Below are positions 12,438 to 24,815 of a stretch of 64,000 nucleotides of DNA, piece after piece (positions within the stretch are counted from its first letter, which is position 1; each line of letters begins with the position of its first letter). The notes beneath the pieces are model-generated. The model was not told where the DNA came from. It saw only the letters and a program-made list of their open reading frames with translations, and searched no databases. The stretch comes from Flaccisagitta enflata (taxonomy: Eukaryota), in NCBI GenBank assembly GCA_965153355.1, contig OZ231126.1:38440001-38504000 (forward strand), read 5' to 3'. A program made the translations under genes and the position numbers.

Positions 12438-15400
12438 ATGTCGACCGCCAACAACAACGCCAACGCCGACGCGATGTCAATGCCGCCACCTTCGCTGCCC
12501 AATCAACGCAGAAAAGCCTTTCGTCCAGCCGACTGTGTGTCTGTCGTTTCCGACTCATCTGTCTACGCGGGCGCAATGGACCCCGTGGCTACGACGCTTC
12601 ACGGATTACGATTGGCGCTACGCAACACGCGCAACGCCTACATGTCGGCGTTGAAACAAGCCGATACCCTCGACGACGACGATATATTGGACTTTTACCA
12701 AGATATGGACTGCCTTCGAAAGGAGGTGTGGTTAGCGGCGTGGCGACTTGTCAACCAGACAAAGACTTACTCACATGCAGAGTCGACCAACAATCCCGAC
12801 AAAGCGGCGTCACTGTTATCGACTGCCGAAAGCTCATTGACGGAAGTACGAAACTGTGGGACCAATCATGCTTCCACGATAAAAACACTTTTGCGTCGCA
12901 TCTATTCCTGCCGACCTACCACGACATCCACGACGATTCACCAGAGACTGGAGCAAAACGCGCTCTCGAGATGACGATGGGGTCGTCGACGCATTTCGTC
13001 CAGTCCCTTTCACGACGACGCAAATCGACGCCGAACACAACCGGCGACGATGGAGACGCGGGAGAGGACGACTTGCCCGTCGGTACGGAAGCGGCGAATC
13101 TCAATGCAGCGGAACAACGCCACAACGCGCCGCCCCATACGCCAGGCGCGATACAAGACGCCGAGGAGATACGTATAAACTTTGAACCTCCGACGCCGGC
13201 GACGCCGGCGAGGTCGCGCTTCCTGTCGGCTAGAGACGATGGAGACGATGACGCCGACGACGCGATGGAAACGTCATGGCCGAACAACGACGCCGACCTC
13301 CCTCCAGGCGCCGTTGGCGGCGCCCCTCCCACACAAGATCTTCTCAACATGCTACAGCAGTCGATCGTCGACGGCGACAAAAACGCTCAAGGCGACGCGA
13401 TGGTGAACGTCGTCCAACGTCTTGTCAACGACGTCAACCAAGTCCGACGCTCGGTGGCGAGAGAAGCACGCGCAAACACGCGATTCCGTCTCAGCTCGCG
13501 ATCTGTATCTCAACAACGCGAAGAAAATGCCCGGCAGTTGACGGCAAACATCGCATTAGACGCAGCCGTTACTGCCCGGACAGACGCGGTCACTGCCGGA
13601 ATTGACGAGAGGAAAAAAGGGGAGGAGGAGGAGAGGAGGAAGAAAGAGAAGGAGGAGGAGGAGGAGAGACAACGCATCCACGCTGAAGAAGTGAGAAGGA
13701 AGGCAGAGGAGAGAGAAAGGAGCAGGAGGAGAAAAGGAGGACGAACTTGAAAAACAAGATCGCCCAGGAGAAAAGAGAGAAAGAGGAGAGAGAAGAAAAG
13801 AAAAGGAAGGAAGCAGAGAGGAAAGCAGAGGAGGAGAGAAGGAAGGCGGTGGCAAAAAGAGACGCGGAAGAAAGAAAGAGGATGGAGGAGAAGAAAAGAC
13901 GCGAAGAGAAGAAAAAGGAGGAAGAGAAGAAAAAGAAAGAGGAGGAGGAGAGGAAGAGGAGAGAGGCGCAAAAGAAAAGCCAGCAGAGACAACCACCTTC
14001 CAAGACGCCACCCCCAGCCGCACGTGAACATCCTCTCCACGAGCAACTGCGCACGAGACAAGATGCAGCGGAGCAAGAAAAGTATGCGATGGATCACGCG
14101 GACGCAATGGCAAGGGTCCAACAATTGATCAGCGACCTCAACCTGGAGGACAGCGTCGTTTTGCAGACACGTGTTCCACCGCGCAAATCGACGCCGCCAT
14201 CACCAAGCTCACCCGTCATCGTCCGCCAGATCGCGGGTGATCTTCCAGCTCCGCAAGCGGCCCGAAATGCACGCGGGAGTCAGCGCCCTCTGGTCGACGA
14301 CGTCTTCGATGACGAGGGGTTCGAACGCGTCGACAGACGGAAGTCGAGGAAGTCGCCACCCCCAACGCCGTCGCCTCCTATGTATCAAAGACGTCAAACC
14401 GGAAGTGACTCCGCGCGAAATGGCCTCGCACATTCGCAGTCCTTCGCCGAGAGGATGAACGCCGCCTCTTTCATCGACAACCCGATCGCCTACGACGCCC
14501 GCGTCAGAGCAAAGGACGTGGGATTGAGAGAAATGCGCGCAGCACGCCCAAGAGAAGCGTATGGATACCTCGAGCCGATCGACTACATCATCGCCAAGTC
14601 TAAATTCGAAAATGCCGCCTCCAACATCGAGCTAGACGAAATCGACAAAGTGACTGAATTGGCCAACGTCTTCGCGAATCCAGCGAAGGAAATTATCGAC
14701 GGTCAACAACTGATCATCAAGGCGCACAATATGCGCCGTGTCTACAGCACCTTGTGGAGACGCCTGGACGAGATGTTCAACACGAGCGCCAACCCATTCC
14801 AATCGGCCGTCGACAGCATCTGCAGGAAAGGAAAGGTCCCAGAAAACGATATGAGAGCCCATCAATCATTGATTGGCACGTTGTACAAACTGGAAAACGT
14901 CGCAGAATTGCTGAATGTACCCGGAGAGTGTGATCGTGACGTCCACATTCGCCGCATCATCAACGCGAGGGTGCCACACATCTCGACGGACTATTGGAAA
15001 GCAAGCGCGCGTGAACAAGCTCGCCATGGCACGGCTTACGGCTTCCAAGAACTCATCGAGGAAGTGAAACATTGGGTATCGTACAACAACCTCAAAGAAC
15101 CAACACGCATGGCGCCGAAACCGACGAAGGTTGCAGCGACTGCAGTTGGTCCGGCGACGTTTAAGGAACAGCTCGTCAACTCACCTCCGAAACAGCAACC
15201 CAACGACATCTGCAATATTTGTGGAGGTCGTCACAATTCTCATTCGTGCAATGTTTTGGAAGCCATCCCATCAGCAGAGGATCGAGTGAAGAAGTTGGCG
15301 GAGAAACGTCTATGTTTTCATTGTTTCTGCCCAAACCATTCGGCGCGCGACTGCAAAGACAAGCCAACATGCTCATCTTGCAACAAGAGACACGCAACTT

Positions 15401-15579
15401 TGCTGCACGACCGCCAATGGAAGCCAAAAGGGAATGGAGAAGGAATCACGTTCAAGACGCCGAATGCCGCCGCATTAGCCGCAGCCGCTGCCGCCGCCAA
15501 AACCGTTCCTCCAGCACCCCCAAGCAGCTCGTCGACGGATGACTCTGCATCTGATGAAGGAAGGGTGATGGAGGCATGA
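12438..15579 (+). CDS. gag: BEL/Pao gag (about two frameshifts in this copy or assembly)
   Basis: Joined from ORFs 12438-12974, 12329-13750 and 13747-15579. Long E/K/R coiled coil; C-terminal knuckles CNICGGRHNSHSC, CFHCFCPNHSARDC and CSSCNKRHATLLH. Confidence 0.85.
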
Positions 15580-18500
15580 CTCGCTGCCACCTCCGCGATG
15601 AGGACGGTGGTCGCGGAGGATGATGTCACGCGACCGATTGTTCCTGTAAAGATCACCAACGCATCGACGGGCCGTTCCACCGTAGTGTTGGGGATGATCG
15701 ACAGCGGTGCGGATCGTGACGTTTTATCGTTTCAAATCGTTAAAAAATTAGACTTACCAACTGAAAAGATGCTGATGCGCGTGCATACGGTCAATTGTGA
15801 GGTGGTGGAGGAGAAAGTTTTGGCGTCCTTCATCCTTTCATCGATTGACGAGGAATACAACGTCCACATCAGCAACGCACTTACGGGAGAATTATTGACG
15901 GGTGAAGCGGATATTGCTCCATGCCAACGCGACTTCACAAATCAATCTCATCTTCGCGATATTCCATTTCCAAAAGCAAATGGTCCTGTCCAATTGATCA
16001 TCGGCGCCGCCCATTACGACGCGACGATGCCCGTGGAGGCAAGAAGAGGTCCATCAGGATCTTTGACAGCCTTCAGATGCGGTTTTGGATGGACTGTAGC
16101 AGGGAAGAGTGGACGAAGATCAGATGATACCGCTGTCATTAACGCAATCCACGTGGATAACGCCGCATTGAGCAAATCTCTCGACCGCATGTTCTATCAC
16201 GACTTCGCCATGTGTCGGAGGAAGAAATGGGCCAGTCTGAAGAGAATCGTCGCGCGGTGAAACGAGTGATGGAGACGATATACTTCGACGAGAAACTCCA
16301 AAAATACGTCGTGGGACTTCCATGGCGCTATGACAAGGAGAAGATCATCGAGATTATCAAATCCGTTAACGCACGCGCGATGACGATTAAGAGGACAAAA
16401 AGTCTCCGATACAAACTCTCAAATAATCATGACCTCCGCGATCGCGTCTTCAAAGAAATGGACAAATTTGAGGATACGGGCGTGGCGATTGAGATTGATC
16501 CGACGAATGACGACGCAAGCATCTCATCGCCACGCTGGTACTTGCCTATCCATGTAGTGGAGGAAAGAAATAAAACGCGGATTTGTCACGATGGACGCGC
16601 GGAGACTGGCGGCATTTGCCTCAATGAACTACTGATTGGAGGTCCGAATATCATGAACGTCTTGACTGAAGTTCTTATGAAATTTCGCCTTTATAAAATC
16701 GGTCTGATGACTGATATAAAGGCGTTCTTTCATAATGTCCGCGTCCATCCTGAGGACGCGGACACGTTCAGATATATGTGGTTCACTGACAAAAGCATGA
16801 GAGAGGCAGTCGTGATGCTCTTCTTGGCGCACATTTTTGGATCTGTGTCATCGAGTCTCGTCACCAGCTATGTTTTACGCCATCACGCAGAGAAGATCAA
16901 GCCCGACTTCCCGGAAAACGTCTACGAAATGTTGAGACATGCCTTCTACGTCGATGATGGCTCTGGTGGTGCGGATTCAGTCGACGAAGCACTGCAGCTG
17001 AAGCAGGATCTCATCGCCGCCATGAAAAGCGGCGGATTTACGTTAACTAAATGGAAATCGAACGCGGTGGAGGTGATGGACGACGATCCGAATGTCGCAG
17101 TCGACTTGAGCGCCAAACTCGAGGAGCCGACGAAGGTCTTGGGAGTCCAATGGTTGCCGTCGACGGACTGCTTCATCTTCAGATGCGATCCAGAAGCATG
17201 CAAGAGGGTGGCAACGACTCCTCTGAATTGGTCTCCATGCAAGCCGACAACTATGATCCCTTAGGCTTCACTGCCCCCCGCGCCCTTGAAGGGAGGAGGT
17301 GTCTTCAGTTGACGAGAGCTTCCGAGAAGGGATGGGATTCGACGATGGAGGAGGCGTTAATCAAACGCTTCGCCAAATGGTACTCTGCGACTCCATTGCT
17401 GATCCAGATTGAAATTCCGCGCCACATTGAATGGGGCATTGTGAAGGCCGTTCGACGTGAAGTTCACATCTTCTGCGACGCCGCCATCCCTGGTTTTGGG
17501 GTAGTGGGCTAGTGGTTGGTGGAAGATGAGGATGGAACAATCCGCGTTACCATTTTGTGCGCCAAGGCTCACGTCGTCCCTCTTGATGCGTCAAAAGCGT
17601 CGCACCATAATTCAGTGCCGAGGTTAGAAATGACAGCGGCAGAGAAAGCGGTGAAACTCAAACTTTTCATCAAGAGGACCATTCCAAAGGTGACTGAGGA
17701 CATGGTGACGCTCTGGTCAGATTCAGAGGCGGTGCTGAAGATGATTTTCGACCATAAGTCTAAACGCCCAAGCTTCTTCGCAAACCGACTTTCAAAAATC
17801 CACAGCGGCTCAAGTGATTCCCAATGGAGGTGGGTTGATTCGGAGAATAACTCGCGGACTATTGTTCGCGGGGTATTGATGCCGGCTGACTATGAAAAAT
17901 GGGACATCTTCCATTTCGGTCCGAAGTTTCTCTACCTTCCCAAATCTGAGTGGCCGGTGATGAACATCGCGACGGCGCCGGAAGCGTCAATCAACGCCGT
18001 CGCGACGGAAACGGTGGAGGAGAAGGAAGGAGAGAAGGAAAAGGAGATGTTCGCTTATGCAGTCGCCGCCCGTCGCCAGGAGTGGGTGGCGAAATTGCGT
18101 TTGATCGCCGTGGTTGTGAAGTGCACGCAGCGATGGAGACAGAAGGTGAAGGCAAAAACTAGAACAGCGACAACGACGCTGCCAAATCCATACTCTGTAT
18201 CTATGGCTGAATTGTACGACGCACAACGCCGCTTGATCAACGCGATCCAGTTCAAACATTTCCATGGAGAAATAACCAAGTTGAAGGCGGTGGGAAAAAC
18301 GACGCCGCTGATCAACGACGCCGGCGCCAAAGTGATCTGCAAAACCTTACGCCATCACAATCCGTTGTCGACGAGAAAGGAACGATGCGTGTCGGGAGCA
18401 GACTCGTGAATGCGGATATCGGCCATGATGAAAAATACCCGATGATTCTCCCGTCGAAAGATCCAAACGTCGCTTCTCTGATTCGCCATGTCCATCATCA

Positions 18501-19593
18501 GGATCTTCATGCAGGCCCAAAACACGTCTTGTGCCAACTGCGACGCTTTGTGTGGATTCTTCGTGGTCTCCAGGCGGTGAAGACAGTCATCCACCATTGT
18601 GTTACGTGCCAAAGGAACTTTAAAGATCCTATGAAGCAGCAGATGGCGCCTCTTCCTCAACGTCGGCTTATTCCAACGGCCCCCTTCGAGGAGGTGGGAC
18701 TCGACTGCATGGGTCACTTCCTGGTGAAACTAAATGGAAGAGCGGATCACAAAGTCTGGGCAGTGGTGTTTACATGCATGGTTTCAAGGGCGGTGCATGT
18801 GGAGGTGTTGTTTAAAATGGACACAGAGGCAATGATCAACGCCATCATTAGATTCGCGGCGAGACGGCAAACGGTGCGTCGCTTCATATCAGACTGTGGT
18901 ACCAACCTAGTTGGGGCGAATCGCGTCATGAAGGAGGAGATGCAGTCGTGGAACGCGTCGTCGACGGTGGCTCTGCAGCAGCATGGACTCCAATGGGACT
19001 TCATTCCTCCGGGGACTCCTCATTACGGCGGCGTATGGGAAAGGGTCGTATCCCTTTTCAAAAAACATTTGGCGTCCATTACTTCCGGTCACGTGCTCCA
19101 TTATGACGTCTTCCAAACGGCGGTGATTGAGGTGGAAGGAATTCTCAACCGTCGACCTCTCACGCCTTTGAGCGACGATCCTAGCGATACATCAGCGCTG
19201 AGGCCGGTCAACATCTTGCATCCGTCGACGTTCTCACACTCGTCGGCAGCGATTCTTCCTCCAGAGACCGGAAACGACGCCGTGGGAACGAGATGCCGAT
19301 GGAGAAACGCACAGGCCCGCGTTGACGCCTTCTGGAAGGTATGGCGCGCTGAATACCTTCAGTTGCTGCACGCAAGGAGCAAATGGACAAAGTCGGAAGT
19401 TAACATCAAAAAAGATGCATTGGTCATCATCGTTGACGAGACGCTTCATCGGCATCAGTGGTCTTTGGGACGCGTCGTCGAAGTGGAAGGATCTGGTGGT
19501 CATGTCCGGAAAGCACAGATCCGACGCCCCGACGGCAAGATTGTCCTCAAAGATCGGTCGAAGATCGTCCGATTGGAGTTGGATTCAGATTAA
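15580..19593 (+). pseudogene. pol: BEL/Pao pol (protease, RT, RNase H, integrase), disrupted by frameshifts and one stop
   Basis: Protease MIDSGAD; RT DIKAFF, IFGSVSS and FYVDD; YDPLG; RNase H HIFCDA, VPRLE and WSDS; integrase HHCC finger plus GLDCMG, ISDCGTN and WERV. Frame breaks near 16210, 17220, 17850 and 18365, and a TAG at 17510-17512. Confidence 0.92.
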
Positions 19594-20135
19594 AAACGGA
19601 TAAGTGTGAAGAGAGAGAGAGAAAGTAGACCAGAGAGAAGCACAAGTGTTTCTATTTGTAAAGACTATGCAGAAAATGAGGATTTTTTTCTCATGATTAT
19701 TTTTTGGTCTTGTTTACTTTTTCTCAGTCGGTCTGTCTGATATGTCTTTGTGTGTAATGACAGGAGAGAGAGAGGTACATGGTGCCCCAGTCAGTTGAGA
19801 GTGTCCGCATGATTGACTGACAATCTAAATTTTGCCATGCCATTTCAATCTTGTATTGACCATATAAAGGCATTTGTTCGTCATTTTCTTTTCCGTTTTA
19901 TCCATATCATTGACTGTTGAGTATGGAGGTCATTTGAGGCGCTGATCGAAGAGTTTTATTTCTTTGTCTGCGTATACCATTTAATCTTCCTCAATGTTAA
20001 TGGATATGTCTTCCTCTTTCCGTTATGTTACATATCGAAATCTGAATTTTCTCCAAAAACAGGCGTTTACACTATCTTACGCTAAAAGCTTCCCCTTGTC
20101 GGTATCGTCGCATAACTGTTGCAGAAAGATCCATC

Positions 20136-22481
20136 ATGTCGCAGCAGAATAACCAAGGCACGCCGGACGAGATCCGCGAAGCGAGGAGGCAGCGAATGGC
20201 GCAAGCCCAGGCCGATTTGGTGAGGAGTCATGAGGAGGAGACGAGGAGGATGGAGGAGGAGCGGGCGAGAGTGGAAGAGGAGAAGAAGAAAGTGGAAGAA
20301 GAGAAGAAAGACCCGGAGAAGAAGAGGAGGAGACAGGAGCAGGAGGCCAGGGCAGCGTCCCTCAGAGAACAACGCAGGCTTCGCGGGTTGCACCAGTCCG
20401 TCGCTGGAGGAGCTGATGACGTCATCGACGGGGTCAGCCATCTCTTCAACGACTCGTCTTCCGGCGCGTGGACCGTTACGGACCCTCTTCCTGCTCGGGC
20501 CCTCAACGCGTTCGATGCCAACGCCTTTGCCGACAAGCGCGCCGCCGGTGAAGCGCGTCGTCAAGCCGACGATGCGCTCCGGGCGGCAAGAAAGGCGAAA
20601 CGACAACAAGCTGCCAACGAAAGCTTCGATACGGCAGTCTTGGGAGTGGAGGCGCTCATGGGGGAGTCGACGTCGACCTCCACCACGGACGCCCCCCCGC
20701 CGCCACGCGGAGCAGAGGAAGTGGAGCGACAGGATGTAAATGACCCTGACAACTTGGACTTTGACGATGACGACGACGACGACGACGACGATGACGATTA
20801 CGAGACTCAGGATGACAGTGAGGGCGATAAGATGGACACTAACGAACATGACGGAAGGGGAGAGGGACTTCCTCCCGGGGAGGTTGCTCGACCCGACTCT
20901 ACAGGCCCCCAAGGGGTACTTACTGCTCCTTCCCTTGCTCCCCCAATTCTGCCGCCGCCGCCGCAGACGTCGCAGGCGGTCGTGGAGTCGCCGACGTTAC
21001 AAGTAACGCCGGCCGCAGACTCGACCGCGCCGGCGCCGTTTCAAGCATCACCTGACGCGACGCTGGTGATCCCGCCGTACATCAGTGATCTGTCCTCCAT
21101 CTCGCAGGAACAAGCTGTCGAATTGGTGAAGATCTACAACGCCCAAGTCGACGCCCTCATCGAGCGGAAGCACACTGCGATATACCACGACACGCAGCGT
21201 CGCCTACGCGCGGAGAGAGATGCTCTTCATCCACAAGCCGAGCGAAGAGCATATGTTCCGACACAAAGAGTTAGAGACGAATTAGTTGAAGAGGACGGTG
21301 AGATTGCGACGGTTGAAACACGCGAGACGCTCCAATTGTGCAAGATCATCAACATCAGATCTATTGGAGCAACGGCGGACATGGGAAATGGGACTTTGAG
21401 TGACATTTCCAATGGAAAAGCCTCAAATCAGAGGAAAAGACGACGTGAAGGAGCTGCTCGTCGGATCGCAGAGGCTATTCGTTCGACCGGAAGTGGCAGC
21501 GATCAGCGTCAAACGCCCGCGACGCAGGATCCTCCACAACATCATCCAAGAGACGATCGACGAGCCAATGCTGGCGCCAACAATCTGCAAATCGAAGTGA
21601 GAGAGAAGAGACGTCGGGTGAGCAGGGGTGGACCGCCGGATGCATCCGCATCGTTATCATCGACGGTGATGGATGGTCCCGCGAGATTACCACATGATCC
21701 CGCTCCCCGGCCTCCTCCTCCTCAACGCCAGCGGTCACGTGACATTTCACCAATCCGTGTCCCAACTCAAACGACGACGACAACGAACAATCAAGGGGGT
21801 GTGCTCGCAGGGGCAGCCGCAAATCTGCCCCCACCTCCTCCTCCTCCCGTCAACGACGACCAACAGCGACGAGAGGAGCAAAACGCCAACAAAAAGAAGA
21901 AGAATCGTCGTCCAAAAAGGAAGCCTAGAGATGCGTCGACGTCCAACAGGTCGTCAACGTCGACGGCATCCGCTTCTTCTCCTTCACATCGCCCTCCCCG
22001 ATCGCCGGAGGACCTTCTGACCGAGGCGATGTTGGCCGTCGCCATCAAGTTGCCAAATCATCCTCGGTCAAAGGATATTCAAAAGGTTGTAGACATTCTT
22101 CCGGCGGCCTTCTATCCCAACTCATCTCCGATGGATCGCGCGATCTACGCTGCCGATCACGCCGTGGATAGAGCCAGATCGGCGAGGAAGCTCATCGAAC
22201 AATACAACTTTAGGATGAAGGTTGTCGGTGAGCACGACGCAAAGGTCGCTCAGATGGCCCAGCTGCTGTCCGACGCGAAGAAGGAAGCCGACCGCGTCCG
22301 CGCTGAGTTTTCTCAGTCCGACGGACAAATGCCGTCGACTTCCGGCACTCAACGCCACTCCGCGCCGTCGAGCGACCACGCGCCACCTTCCGGCAGAAAC
22401 CCCCCTCCACGCCACAGTAGGAAAGACGACGCGCCATCCTATCGTGGAGGAAAGGGCGGCAGGGGTAAAGGCCGGAAGTAG
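20136..22481 (+). CDS. Retrotransposon accessory ORF3, 781 aa, function unknown (not env-like)
   Basis: Intact ATG-to-TAG ORF between integrase and the 3' LTR with the same codon style as gag. It has coiled coils, a poly-Asp tract, Pro-rich regions, basic NLS-like runs and an RGG-like tail. Acceptor-like TTTTCTCCAAAAACAG ends at 20062. Confidence 0.85.
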   Translation: MSQQNNQGTPDEIREARRQRMAQAQADLVRSHEEETRRMEEERARVEEEKKKVEEEKKDPEKKRRRQEQEARAASLREQRRLRGLHQSVAGGADDVIDGVSHLFNDSSSGAWTVTDPLPARALNAFDANAFADKRAAGEARRQADDALRAARKAKRQQAANESFDTAVLGVEALMGESTSTSTTDAPPPPRGAEEVERQDVNDPDNLDFDDDDDDDDDDDDYETQDDSEGDKMDTNEHDGRGEGLPPGEVARPDSTGPQGVLTAPSLAPPILPPPPQTSQAVVESPTLQVTPAADSTAPAPFQASPDATLVIPPYISDLSSISQEQAVELVKIYNAQVDALIERKHTAIYHDTQRRLRAERDALHPQAERRAYVPTQRVRDELVEEDGEIATVETRETLQLCKIINIRSIGATADMGNGTLSDISNGKASNQRKRRREGAARRIAEAIRSTGSGSDQRQTPATQDPPQHHPRDDRRANAGANNLQIEVREKRRRVSRGGPPDASASLSSTVMDGPARLPHDPAPRPPPPQRQRSRDISPIRVPTQTTTTTNNQGGVLAGAAANLPPPPPPPVNDDQQRREEQNANKKKKNRRPKRKPRDASTSNRSSTSTASASSPSHRPPRSPEDLLTEAMLAVAIKLPNHPRSKDIQKVVDILPAAFYPNSSPMDRAIYAADHAVDRARSARKLIEQYNFRMKVVGEHDAKVAQMAQLLSDAKKEADRVRAEFSQSDGQMPSTSGTQRHSAPSSDHAPPSGRNPPPRHSRKDDAPSYRGGKGGRGKGRK

Positions 22482-23307
22482 AGGGTCTCGTCGCCATGAT
22501 CCCGGCCATCGTCTTCCCACTTCAATCGCGCGTATCATACCGACGTTTACGTCGTCGCGGAAGACTAGCGGTTGATCATCCAATGGCGACTCGAGATGCT
22601 TCCGGTGACGGACAGGCCGGCCGCCCTCGCTTCTCTAGAGGGCGGTCGGGGGAGGGGGTCCCACCGGGACCCCCCTGCGACTCTCCCCGTAAGTGTCGAG
22701 GGGTAGGGGGGTCTTGAATTGCTCATGAACCAATTGTACCAAATTAGAATATTAAGCGTATGATTTGTGGAATGAGAATCAGTTCTAACTCTCCTGATCC
22801 GTTTCTCCATACCCATTCCGGGTGTGGGGGAACCCCCCCCCCGCTTACATTTAAGAGACGTGCGTGCTGGAGTGATGGACAATCCTAACTGGGCGTCGGT
22901 ACGTAGTATAGTATAGTTTATACACTAGTATAGACCACTTAGCATATAGGCTAATTATTTATTTCAGTCCATCATTCCCGGGGATCTAGTATCGTTACCT
23001 TTTTTTCTTGTTTAGCATGAAGACTGGAGGCAGAATGGAGCGAGAGGAGCGATTCATGACCAGACCGTAGCGATAGCCCGGACGATCGACGGTGGTAGGT
23101 GTTTCTGCTCCTAGAACCCATTTTCTGAATCGTCTTATCCGCGCGAGATCCACGATATTTATAATGGTGTCTTTGTAATATTTAAAAATTTTTGTTTTTG
23201 AGATGAGCCCCGGATGTTGTCATAGCTTGTAAATTTTTAGAATGAACGGTATTCCCTGACAAGAAACTAGTTAGATACGAGATTTGAAATTTTTTATCAA
23301 ATATTTT

Positions 23308-23317
23308 AAAAGGTGGC
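23308..23317 (+). promoter_or_regulatory. Short polypurine-tract position (AAAAGGTGGC)
   Basis: Purine-rich run directly upstream of the 3' LTR TG; short and imperfect. Confidence 0.5.
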
Positions 23318-24103
23318 TGTGAGAATCTCCACATTCCCCACCATCTCCAGGTCAAGAAGCGCTCGATCGGACGCATTCGACTCCGCGGATCCGGAGAATA
23401 GGAGGGGCTCTCTCGCCATCGAAAATCCAAGATGGCGTCCGCTCGACTGCAGAGTGGAGGAAATCGAGGAAGAAGGAGAGAGATCTTCGATCGACGGAGG
23501 AAGGGGAGGAACGCGCGCGCGCGCCGGAAGCGCTGACTTCCGGTTGAGAATTGATGAACTATATCTTCTCAACCGCTTAGAGGAGGAAAGACTTCGACCC
23601 CTCTATCGAATTCCCACGACGTGACGAGTCTGTTTATTATTGTTTCATTGCTGCCAAATAATTTCAAATCTCGTGATGTTTTGACTCATTTTTGCTATTT
23701 CCAGGTTAAGTAAAAGTAGCTTCCCTGACTTTCTTTCTGACATTCGATTACACGATCTCAGTTAAAGACTCGATTTTTGATGCTTTTTCCCCGACTTCCC
23801 TGCCCTGCGCCTAGATTGGAAACCGTTCGACAACATCCGTGTAAGTCCTTGACCTTTTATCATTTTGGCGCCATATAGAAGTATCCTTCATTGATGTACA
23901 GAGCTTGTCTTAACCTTTTTCCTTTTTCTCTGTCCGTCAGGATTCCACGAATAGACTGATTTCGCGGACAACTTGACCGCTCATCTCAACAATTCGTTCT
24001 AAGCGGGTGTGCGATCCAAATCTTTAGCGCAGCTACGCAGTGGAGTCAGTTTCGCGATAACGCATCAGGAGCTTGCTAAGAAACTAGACGCTAAACGATC
24101 TCA
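23318..24103 (+). repeat. 3' LTR (786 bp)
   Basis: TGTGAGAATC...CGATCTCA, followed by the TSD ATCGC. Confidence 0.95.
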
Positions 24104-24511
24104 ATCGCGTAAATACATTCCGATCAAGATTTTTTGCTTCCGTCATTCGGTAACAAAAAACGGTTTTCCTCCATAGGGCCGTCGATAGGTCCGTCCGTTT
24201 GTCAAGCGTTCAGTTCCATAATTCCAAGTTGATATGCTTACTTCTATACTTTACCTTTCTTAGAAGTTTAAGCGTAACTGCCGCTTGTAGGCGTGGAACA
24301 AGGCCGGATACGCGGCTACCCCAGTCGCGTGCTGGTGAGCAGGGCAAATATTCAGGGTCACTACTCACTAGAGCATTTTGGCAGGAGCAGTAAGGCCTAA
24401 GACCCCCAAAACATAAAAAGTAAAAAGAGGACCGACCGACCAACCAACCGACGGACGGACGGACGGATAAAGCGGGTTGCAGGGCCTGCACGCGGAAAAT
24501 ACAATTACTTT

Positions 24512-24542
24512 ACCATGCAAATGTCCATTTTCCATGCAAATG

Positions 24543-24575
<33 letters not shown>

Positions 24576-24727
24576 GCAAATGTCCATTTTCCATGCAAAT
24601 GTCCATTTTCCATTTACCATGCAAATGTCCATTTTCGTTATCGATTGCCTGGTTCGTTATGATAGTAGCTTGCTAAGCGACTCTATAATATCAACATCAT
24701 TATCGTCACCGCCAACATCATCGTTAA

Positions 24728-24815
<88 letters not shown>

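Larger units (their letters stand above)
11609..24103 (+). mobile_element. Full-length BEL/Pao LTR retrotransposon (12,495 bp) with an extra ORF
   Basis: Two near-identical TG..CA LTRs, a perfect 5-bp TSD ATCGC (11604-11608 and 24104-24108), gag with three zinc knuckles, and pol order PR-RT(YVDD)-RNase H-IN. Confidence 0.96.

Noticed and set aside
12329-12960. N-terminal part of the 473-aa ORF as the gag start
   Set aside because: It begins at a GTG inside the LTR. The overlapping ATG-12438 frame is more protein-like and probably joins the downstream frame at a frameshift.
16200-18400. pol frameshifts as programmed recoding
   Set aside because: They are several breaks inside or between conserved domains with no evident slippery heptamers, so decay or sequencing indels are more likely.
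20136-22481. ORF3 as an envelope gene
   Set aside because: It has no signal peptide, transmembrane anchor or Cys-rich ectodomain.
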